The translations under genes were made by a program, and so were the position numbers. A stretch of DNA of 58,071 bases, the filler included, from Sphacelaria rigidula (taxonomy: Eukaryota): NCBI GenBank assembly GCA_964200075.2. It is 9 parts of 9 records of this genome, joined end to end, with 100 filler letters (N's around TTAATTAATTAA, not from the genome) between each part and the next. Parts side by side here need not be neighbours in the genome. Positions count along the whole stretch, not along the records: positions 45,246 to 51,608 come from CAXNAA020020521.1; positions 51,709 to 58,071 come from CAXNAA020020522.1; 7 more parts are not named here. One strand, written 5' to 3'. This document shows positions 48,242 to 58,071 of this stretch, piece after piece (position 1 is the first letter of the stretch; the number at the start of each line of letters is the position of its first letter). Under the pieces are notes generated by a model. That model had not been told where the DNA came from. It searched no databases and saw nothing but the letters and a program-made list of their open reading frames with translations.

Positions 48242-49373
48242 TAGGTATAAACAACACGAGCGCGTACGTGAACGATGGGCACATCGACTCATGATAAATA
48301 TATTCTGTACGATACTTCTAGGGCGCACGCTGTCTGTAGCATTCTGTTTGAAAAGGTGTAATTGTTCGGGCCTTTACCCGACAGACAGTATATGTGTCCT
48401 TTCTCTCGTGGACGAACGGACAAGGGTCCTGGAAAAAAAACGGGAAAGCTCCGATGTTGGTTGGTTGTTTTTTGTTTCATTTTTCAAAATAAATTTCATG
48501 GGGGAAACAGTTGACAGAAGTACTGCTTTGCTGACAGAGACAACATGTACGAGTACACGACATCCAGGCCCACACTCGAATCTACAGATGCCAGTATAGC
48601 GCGAAAGAGGGCGACTGAAATACCACGGTCGCAGCGACAGGGAGTCAGAATCACCCACACGGTCACGTGTTGCTACCGAGGTCCGACTCGGGAGCTACTG
48701 TTGGTTGCATATACGAGTATTCGAGTATTGCTTGTGATACCCCGTGTTGGTTTATACTCTGGCGTGATCTACCTCAGAACAAACACAAGGTCAAGAGACA
48801 GCCGACTTTTTTCTGCTACGAGACACCATAAGACGATACACCAGACTCGAGTCTGGAGCTACTGTTGTATCATACACTCCTCACATCTCCTGTGTGTATT
48901 CTGTTCTGGCGTGATTGTCCCAGAGCAAACACGAGGTCAAGAGATATTTATTTTTTTTGTGCTATGAGACACGACGCTACACGACACGACGGGCCCCAAC
49001 ATACCGTCTGTAGAACAGTCAGTAGAAGGTACTATCATACAGTATATGTTCTGCCCGAGGGTAGGACAAAATAGTCTATCCGCGTGTTTTTGTTCTCACG
49101 CACGTGATTGCGGCTAGGGTGGCCGGTGCAGGAAAAGAAATCGGGCAAGGATGCGCTGGGGGGCAAGGACGGATTTTGATACCTGCGCGTACTACCAGTC
49201 CCTGAATAGTGGAGCTTTGGTCAGGGATTGGTGAGGGAGGAGAGAAGATGCTGCTACCTTATTTCGAAATGGTCCCGAAAATGCGAGAACTGTCCTACAC
49301 GTGTTATTCCTTCATCTTTATTTTATACGAATGCATGAGGCCGGTATCCCAACAGTTGGGGGGGGGAACTCAC

Positions 49374-50122
49374 GTGTTTTGCTCGTCATAGATGGCATCG
49401 AACATCCTTGTAAACTGACCGAGAGTCTTCTCCACCGCGTAGCCCTGCCTCTGGTAGACCATAATTCCATAGGCCAGCCTCGGCCCAATACCATCGTCGA
49501 TTATGGCGCCCCTGCCTCGCTCTGTCATTTTCATCCGCATGTCAACGCTGGTGGCACTCAATCGCCTCTTCCTTATCCAGCCCCTCATAAGCGCGGGTAG
49601 CTGCGTTCCTATCCATAACAACACTACGCAACAGGCGAGGTAAGCAAGTGTCACAGATAAAGCAACGCCGACACGATGACGGCCGCCCTCACCACCACCG
49701 CCGCCTCCTCCTCCTCCCTTTTTGGAGCGACTATGATGGCGGCGTCCAATGGATTTGTTGTTGTGACTGTTGACAACATCACACGACAAATTGGAGACGT
49801 CTACGTTGCGCCATGCCGCTGTTAGATGGCGCAATCGAGCTCGAACGGTGTTGGACAGCTTGAGCAGCAGTGGCTTCGAGCCCGAATCGTGGTTGCTGTC
49901 GCTGGTGGTGCTCGCGGTACTGCTGATGCTGCAGTTTGGTGTTGTGCTCCCATTTTCTTGGGAAGATACGTCCGAGAGGTTACGTCCATGGCCACGAGGC
50001 CGCCCATTGCTGCTAGAGTGGCCATTGGTGTAGCAACCTGTAGTTGGTAACGGCTGGGTTGCCACCCAGGATGTTCCGTTGGTGTGTTGGGTGCTTTCTG
50101 GGCTCTTTCGTCGCAGCATCAT
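49374..50122 (-). CDS. First coding exon of a type II membrane glycosyltransferase, GT14 (Core-2/I-branching, xylosyltransferase-like)
   Basis: Long low-complexity N-terminal tail, single TM (VALSVTLAYLACCVVLLWIG), then PRLAYGIMVY...FTRMFDAIYDEQN, matching the GT14 start motif PRLAYLI...RLLxAxYxPxN. GTGAGT donor at 49373. Confidence 0.8.
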
Positions 50123-53100
50123 ATTCCCCCTGTGTAGTAGGATTTTTTCCACAACAAAAAAACGACGCGAACTGCCAAGAGAAAAACTTTTCACCTCCAC
50201 ACCCTCCTGTTGTTCGCAGCAATGAAACCCGCTGCGTTCACCCACGTCACCCACCCACCCTACCCCTCGATCAAGAGGTGTTACCCTTTCGGTGCCTTGT
50301 TGTTTGCCGCCAGTAAGAGCAAATATACCGGCCGTCTGATGTGTTATGCGTGTTCAATTCGTGACTTGTGTTCTCAAAGAAATGTCACCTGTCTCAGTCA
50401 GCCCCTGTGCGTTGGCAAAGACCTTTAGATCAAATTATTGAATAGTCATAGCTCAGGGTTAATTTGTACCGCACAATATTTCGTCATTAGGTTTTGTAAC
50501 CGTTTGTTCCGTTTCGCCGCGCGCACATAGCCGACTTTTGTAGTATTATCCAGTATCCGGTATCCGGCATCCGGTATCCGTCTGCAGTGTTGTGTGTGAC
50601 CTGTGCCCGCAGCGGTCGAAAGCTTGATTTACTGCACGCTGCTCTACAATACACGTGCATGATAGGATGCTGAGTGTTAGCGAGGTGTTTTTTCCTCTGA
50701 ATGAACAGGCGGTACAACATAAACAGAAGAAGTAGGGTAGTAGAGTGAACGTCTCACACCAGTGTGGCATGTGTCAGCTAGGCGCCCCGAGCCCGCGAGT
50801 GCCCGTGAAGAGGATGAGCCTCTCTCTGGATACTGCTTCAAAATTTGATGATAGCACTCGAGCGTGGATTCGCAGAGCATATTTCTGTTTGGTCTGCAAA
50901 AACTGGACAAGCTCCTCGTTTTATGTCAACCAACGGGTTTTCAAAGCAGGAAGAACATCGCTTTGATTTCTGTTGTTCCTACCTAGAGGTGGCACGCTGC
51001 AATCATCATGAATGTTCGGCGGTATCCACTTTTCCCCTTTGCCGATCAGTGTTAATACCGAAGCAAATGTCGGCGTGAAGTTAGGGTGCAGACCGTGTCA
51101 TCAATATTCTCATGTGTTCAAGCCGTGCGTCGTTAGAACACTCGAGAAGTGGGATGGCGTCGGCAGGTGTGTGCCGCGACGTCAACACGGCAGCGTGCCC
51201 GTTCGTTTCATTATGCTGGATACTCCCACTTCATATTTTTCGAAGCCTTGTCAGTTTACGTCTGCCACTATATACTTATCTGTGCTACAGTGCGGTGTGC
51301 TACTCCTCCTACGAACTGATGGTTTCCACCTACGACTTTGCGCATGATTCGTAGAACTTATCTGTCAAAATTCATAACCGTAACTTCGCAGCAGACGACA
51401 AGACAACATCCCACGAGCAACACTTGCACGAAAACCCGCATCAACTCATCTGCGCTAGGCACGTGACTACACAGGAACAAGCAGTTTTCACATCCCCCTC
51501 CCCCCCCCCCCTCCCTCCTCCCTCCCTCCCGCGCCCGCCCGCCCCCTACCCCCCACCCCCGCCCTCCCCTCCCGCGAGCACGCTTTAAGCGAGAGCACCT
51601 TCATCACCNNNNNNNNNNNNNNNNNNNNNNNNNNNNNNNNNNNNNNNNNNNNTTAATTAATTAANNNNNNNNNNNNNNNNNNNNNNNNNNNNNNNNNNNN
51701 NNNNNNNNATACTGCTTGCTACCTCAGATGTACGCCACATGCGCACCCTGCACCTGAAAATGGATTGGATGAAACTTTCGGTCTTCGTCATAACCCTGCG
51801 GTTACATACGCGAATTTTCACACGCCACAGTCTGTTTCGTGCAGACGCCAGACACGTCATTCCTAACCGGCCTCATTGATCGATCTGGAGGCCCGGTCCC
51901 GAAAAGGGTAATTCATGCGCCAAGCTGTTGAGCGCTGTGCCGTTGATGCTTGATCCGTCACGAAGAAACGACGAGCGCAACAGGTGGCAATAAGGGGGAA
52001 TCGAACACTAACAAGAACGTTCTCGATACAGCAACACCCATCAAAATTCATGTACCACAGAAACTGGCACCTAACACGGTAATGAATTCGTCGGGCAGAG
52101 TATTGCGATCGTACCTAACTATCGCCGGACTCACTATTTGGGTAGAGTTTGGAGATAAAATAATCGCACCATAAAATCTGGAAGAGTGAAAACACGGGTG
52201 TTTACCCTACCCAACACGCCCTTGAAACAAGCACGAGCAAGTGAGCCGCCACGTACTAATTTGCCCGTTAATGATCAGTGAGCATTCTGTACTCTATTTT
52301 ACTTTCTCTAGATACAGTATATGTCTGTACTGCACGGTGGTACGCCCGTGTTGAGGCGGCATAGTGACAAGCCAGCAACACCCACCCTATTCGCAGTCCC
52401 GCCTTGACCCAGGGTAAGGCTGGTACCGCCTTATCCCGACGTTCGGTATGAAGCGGGTGGGTCCCGACTCCACACGAGTTTCGGCGCGAAATGCGAGTGC
52501 CAGTGACGGTATTGCCTGCCCACGGGATATGGGTGTGTTAAAAAGCAAGCAGGGCCCTGCTCATCCAGCGTGGTATGCCTTTATTTTCGGTTGGGGTCGT
52601 TTTGCAGTGCAATGTTCTAAGTGATACCCTGCTGCGCTAGATGATGTTTTTCATCTGGTGCGGAAGAAACAGTGTTTCGTCAAACCGCTCATAAAACATA
52701 ACTATGTCAATCTCGATGGTAGTCACTCGTTACACATTACACGAACTGTTGGCTATCGGCTGAAAAGAGGAGAGGCAGGAAAGACAGGAGAAAGCAACAA
52801 AAACAGCCGAAACAACATTTAAAGCAAACACCTTGCGGATTCGTGCTGTGTGACGTGCAGTAGTTTGGCGGGCATGCATAGGGACGGCTGTCCTTGTGTT
52901 GTGACCTTCGTTCTCTACCGTAGCGTTATTTTCTAAGTTCTTCGTTGCTCTCCCTCTCCCTCCACCGTTAAAGTTCCTTCGTCGATCCCTTCTCTATTGT
53001 CACCACCCTCTGCCATATAAGGCACTACTTTCTGTGGTCGGCGAATGCTTTCTCTGTTGCTCCCCGTCTTGTCGTCCTTCCTTAGCGCCAATTTTATGGC

Positions 53101-54719
53101 TGCTTCATGGTTGTTTCCAGATCTGTCCGTTCCCTCGGCAAAGCTTCACGACTTGACAAACCGATTGAAGTTCGGTCGGAGTAGGATTGGTGTCGACGAA
53201 TGAGCGGCTCTGTCGGCCCCACACGTTGCGATGAGGAGCACCCGGAGTACAGTTGACATTTGTCGCCATGGAAACTGAGAGTACGAGATTAGTTTGAATC
53301 AACCGCATGCTCTACGCCCGATAGCTCCCTGCTGACCAGCTGCAATAGAGGTCGGGGTGAGCAGAAAAATAGAGTCGCTTACGTGCATCAACACGCCACT
53401 CACCTCAGCGACGAAGGGCGTCCGAACACACAAGCAAAAGACGAGGCGAGAAGCAGTAGTAAGCTGAAGCTTGTTGAGGGCGTTGAAAGTGATTCCAACT
53501 GTCGGTTGCTGCGTGTGATCATCCCACCTCCAGAAGTGCTTCGATTGAATTTTGCGACTTTCAAGTCTAGGAAGTCAAGACTAACGAAACACCTCGGACG
53601 AGGTCGGATGAGCTTGTTCTTCAGTGCGTTTGGACACGCAAGCAACAGAAAACACCGGGAGCACCGAGCAAGCTCAAACGTGTTGAGGTCGCCTCAAGCG
53701 ATGTGAGGTAGGCTGCGATGTGCTTTTTTCGCCCCGTGGGGCTTCCGGACGGTTTGGCAAAAAAACTGTGCGTGGTTCGGAGCTTCGTAATTATATCAAG
53801 ATGTCCGGACATGAACTGAACTTCGGCTCAGTAGAAGCCTTTTCAGCCTTACAGTCCTCAAAGAAACTCATGCCCACCATCTCATTGAGGCAGGACTTCC
53901 GTATACCGAATATTGGCCGGTCTACTTTGCTTCATGTCGTTGCTTTTGGTCGGTAAGGTGAGGTGGGGGATGGCGTCGAAATAAACATATATATGTATAT
54001 ATGTATCGTGAGGGGGAGTCTTGAAACGAGTGATGATGGACAACAGCAAAACTCGCATTGTCGGCGAAAATGTGACAGGCTGCAAGCACACCGCCTTAAC
54101 GCGCGGGTCCATCTCCGTACTGTTTCTCTTCTGCTCCTATTGTTACCATGCACTTTCAAGAAAAAGAAAAGAAAACATGTGAATCGATCAAATAGCTGCA
54201 CCACAGACCTGATACCCCACAACTGGTGCTTGTCTTTCGCGTAGCCGCATGAAAAAAACGTGTATTGTATCGACTGTGCTGCGCTGTTGTGCACATGCCG
54301 TACGGTACACATGCATGGTGCAACACTACCCACAATACTGGACTGTACGGTACTGTTCTGTGCGACGAGGGGAGCGCGTGGCCCAGGTACTGGCTGACAC
54401 AGGAAGAGCTGAAAATGGATGGACATTGTTTTTCAGGCCATTCTTTGTCAGAATCCGTTCCACATGTTGAAAAATCCAAGTATACGGGCTGGTAGTCCCG
54501 CGGCTCGGGGCAAAAAAACGTGTCTCCACCGCAAGTAAGGATGAACAGTAGCATGAAGAAATGCAATAAATACATCCCCTAGAAGCGTGTAGCCAAGCTG
54601 GAACGCGTCGCGCTCTCTGTTACTTTGCAGGTCCATCGGTCACTTCGAACTTTACCTGAACTTCGAATACGTCCGGGTGGCGATACCCCTTGGTTGCTGT
54701 TTGGTACCAGAATCATGGC

Positions 54720-55320
54720 TCACCTCCCACAGATAGGCGTAACTAAAAGTTAATCCTCGAATTGTTGTCCGATTGCGCTGAGAATCGGTGAGCTTGTAGT
54801 TGGCATCAAGGCGAGAACAACGATACCTGTTTCAGCTCCTACACCTGTGTTGCATTCGCCCAGAGATCACACAAGAGTAACTCTTGACACCTCTGACCCG
54901 CAGTCTGAAAACCGCCTTCTTCCCGTAGTAAAGAGACGGCCCACGACGTTTCACGTGCTGTAGCGACAATCATGTGGGTTTGAGACTGGTTGAATGAGGA
55001 AGTACGGACAACAGCCCGAGATTGCGCTATCCAACGTGATATCTCCGCAATGCTAGTCGCTGCCGTATGCAAGCTATGGTGGTGGTCACAGAAGCGGCGT
55101 GAGCATACCGTGTTGTCCAATGGATGTAGAATTCATGTGCACAACAGCGAGGCGACAAGGAGTGAATCTGTGTGCCCGCAACACTTCGCGTCAGCAATTT
55201 TTGACGCAAACCTATTTCTTTCAATTTTCTCCACATCACTGAAACTTGACGGTATCGATCTCAAAGCGATACGACAGTTCAGCACCCTCCTTGATGTAGG
55301 CTTTCTACCAGTAGGAACCC
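54720..55320 (-). pseudogene. Decayed coding-like segment homologous to the transposase-like relic of contig 5
   Basis: 54770-54842 aligns at the DNA level with 27730-27810. Reads SRLDANYKLTDSQRNR versus SRLNASYTRNNLQRKR. Confidence 0.45.
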
Positions 55321-55558
55321 TGTATGTGCGTGTTGCACCACCACAGCTGAGGCTAAAACATGAGGTGTGAATGTGTGTGGTGAGCTGGCGCGTGCCACTT
55401 GACACCCTTTCGAATTTCACGGGGGAAAAAAACAAGGCCTTCTTTCGGAACAAAATAAATCTGACGGATTAAATTTCGCGTGTACCGTCACTCTTGACCG
55501 CGATTTCGACACAGGTCCATAGCTCGTCGCCGTCTTGAAGGTACGGCTAAAATGAATA

Positions 55559-55826
55559 CAGTCGACCACGCTTTGAGGACGCTCCTAGTAAGGAAACTCC
55601 CCGCTTCAAGGGTGACTTTTTTCTCAAACCAGGGGGCCCGACAGAAAGTACAACTACTGTAGTAGGGCATGTACCATTTTCTACTCTGCGGGCCCCCTTT
55701 TTTTACCTCTGGTGGGCTAGTTCAGACACACGCACACCGCTTTTAATTTAAGGGCGAAACCCCGCTTTTTTTAAGGAAACCTATTTTCCCGAAAAACCAT
55801 GTGCGTCCTTAAAGCGGGGTCGACTG
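55559..55826. mobile_element. pogo/Tc1-mariner-like MITE (268 bp)
   Basis: TA|CAGTCGACCACGCTTTGAGGACGC ... GCGTCCTTAAAGCGGGGTCGACTG|TA. Confidence 0.92.
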
Positions 55827-57727
55827 TACTGGGAACAATATATATAGAACAATGTATAGGATTTCCATGCCCTCCGGAAGATAAATGTGTTGTATTTTCG
55901 CTCGAGGTTTGATAATCAGGATCTACAATTTTGAGGAGAGGTGCAAATTGATGATTTCTAGGTCATCCCTGAAGTAGCTGTTTTTCAAATGTTCCGAAAG
56001 TGAGGGCGGGTCTTGTTCTTCGGAAATTCAGTCTGATGTGGTTGTCCTCACATTAAAAACCAATCCGATATCTGCGCAATGCTCCACACTGGGCATCTGA
56101 TGCGGACGCCTTCCGGAGTCACAGGCTAACTGCCCGAATAAGTTGTGAATGAGTCAAATGTATGACAAGCAATCCATCCATCAACCCCTATATTTCTTCG
56201 ATCTCCCTTGATATGACGGAAATTACCGTCCCGTTGAGGGGACGTCCCGTGATTAGAGGAGGGGCATCCCGTCTGAAACAACAGGAAGCAGCCGCGAACT
56301 CCCCGTGCAGACCGGGTGGGGGCGAGAAAAAACAGGGTTCAAGTTATGACGGGTTTTCTCGTCCCGTCCTGATAAATTTCAGATGCGATGTTTTCGTTTT
56401 TGGCTTGCTCCCCTTCGTTCCATTCCTCAGCTTCATCTTCTGCTCTCTTCTCGTCATGCGTGTCTTCCATAGTTTTCCCCTCCCTTTTGATCCTCTTCGC
56501 TCTTCTTCTTTGCTTCTATTTTTTTTATTTCGAAAATTTCAGCAGCCCTACTTCACATCCTGGACGAACGAATACACTCACAAGAGGTGTACTGCGTACA
56601 GTATCGACTATTGCGCCTATTGCAACAGACGACAGATTCCATACTGTACGCAGTAGATCTTATGACAAAGCAAACCATTGTCCAGAGTGTGCCCTACCTA
56701 CGCTCATGTCTGTTTCCTACAGAGCGAGCTGTGGAGCAGGATATCCTGACGAGAATGTTTTCGCTCGCGGGTGACTTCGTTCGTGGGGGATAAATTCTCT
56801 GGTTCGACACTCACTGAATCGAGTAATCGATCGACCCGCGCCTATCATCGCGGAGTGGAACGCCTATTGTACCAAGTTGTGTAAACAGTATGTAAGCATT
56901 ATGTTGGAAGGATGGGACACTAGAATAAACGGGAGAGTCACTACATGATTTTTTCCACAGTGTGCTGCTGCATGTGCTGACATTATTATACTAACGTCTG
57001 CAAAGCAACTGGAAGTTGGTTGGGCGCGGATGTCCTGATCAATTAATTCCAAATCCACGAAGTGAAATTGGTTTCTGCTCCGGATAAAATTCGACTAACC
57101 GGTTTTATGCGACTCAATTTTTGCGATTTTTTTTGCTAGATTCTTCCATGATAAAACTTCTATTGATGTCGATTTTTAGGGGGAAAACTATGTCAAAGGA
57201 AAACCAAAGGCACCTGCACACACAGCAGCTGCTGCTGCCTACCTAGTATCATCCTCGAAAATCGAAGTCTTGAGTGGGAACGCCGCAGCGTGCAGCTGCT
57301 TGACGCGACCACTGCGTTCTGCCACGGACCCTTCCTCACGTACCCGACAAAGGGGCAACATCCCCGTACAAAGAGTAGCAATGCTACAAGCTAGGCCAGC
57401 CTAGAGGCGAACGCAACAGCGGAAAGGGCCGGCAGGCGGTAATTCGAAGAATTAGGCGCTGAAAATTTGACACAACATTTTGATCACCAGTCCGGACAGG
57501 ACTAGTGTCTGTACACTTGAAAAAATAATAATAAAGAAGTTAGAGCGACTTTAAGTTTATACGAACACAGGAAAATCGCCATAACTCCGTGTTAAATCAA
57601 AAGTAACGAATGTACGTTCAACCAGGTGGTGGACAATCGCGTCCCGGGCACTCCTGTAAACGTTCAGCCCATAACTCGTCGAATTGGGCCTGGACGAGCA
57701 GTTCTCGTGTGACAGGGCTGCGCCCCC

Positions 57728-57800
57728 GTGCCCCAGTGGTCAAACTGGTAAATATCCGATTCCAATTGTATAGGTACCGAGTTCGAATCCCGACATGACC
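57728..57800 (+). mobile_element. tRNA-like SINE head; similar heads at ~8702-8770 and ~34440-34510
   Basis: B box GAGTTCGAATCC followed by CGACAT and a T-rich tract in all three. A-box-like AGTGGTCAAACTGG here. Confidence 0.55.
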
Positions 57801-58071
57801 ACATGATTTTATTTTGTCTTTTCCTGCTCAGTGTCTCGACCATTTCTCGACGTTCTTGGCTCTGGTGGCAGTATAGCGCAGTCTCAGGCGGTACTTCCCC
57901 ATCTACGGACATATGTTACTCTAGGCTCGGTGATTCTCTCCCATGATGGAGGTGTTGACGACCGTGAAGCCATCTTGCAGCAGTACGGACAATACAGTCC
58001 GGATGTGGCCTGCCTGTGCGGCCCAACTGTTCATCGTAATTCCACCGCTTTCTGTGAAACGAAACGTGTCC

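Noticed and set aside
6365..51708. Regularly spaced TTAATTAATTAA units as a biological periodic array
   Set aside because: Always embedded in N44 blocks. This is an assembly linker, and the periodicity comes from length sorting.
53404..53522. Signal-peptide-like first exon (MITRSNRQ...SLLLLLASSFACVFG) with a GTGAGT donor
   Set aside because: The nearest acceptor leads to stops in all frames and no family is recognisable, so it is unsupported without RNA data.

Overview
This window is not one locus. It is nine unrelated contigs of 6364 or 6363 bp, sorted by length and joined by 100-bp N44-TTAATTAATTAA-N44 spacers, so nothing can be inferred across a spacer. The DNA is eukaryotic, intron-rich and repeat-rich, most likely a brown alga or related stramenopile (inference from long introns, TTAGGG-type motifs and repeat style). 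Recognisable host-gene pieces are three in-phase exons of an EF-hand protein, one ZIP/ZupT metal-transporter exon, one protein-kinase exon and the first exon of a GT14-like type II membrane glycosyltransferase. The rest is mostly mobile-element debris: two LINE lineages, a Ty1/copia remnant, gag-like relics, tRNA-derived SINEs and several MITE types. Three observations stand out: (1) a LINE whose copies end in poly(C) and sit in C-rich targets with clean target-site duplications; (2) a TGT..ACA MITE with a 4-bp TSD carrying telomere-like repeats; (3) a decayed, apparently spliced DDE/DxxH-type transposase with a homologous segment in a second contig. I see no CRISPR array, rRNA, intact tRNA or intact autonomous element. 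All protein-family calls are by eye and need HMM confirmation.
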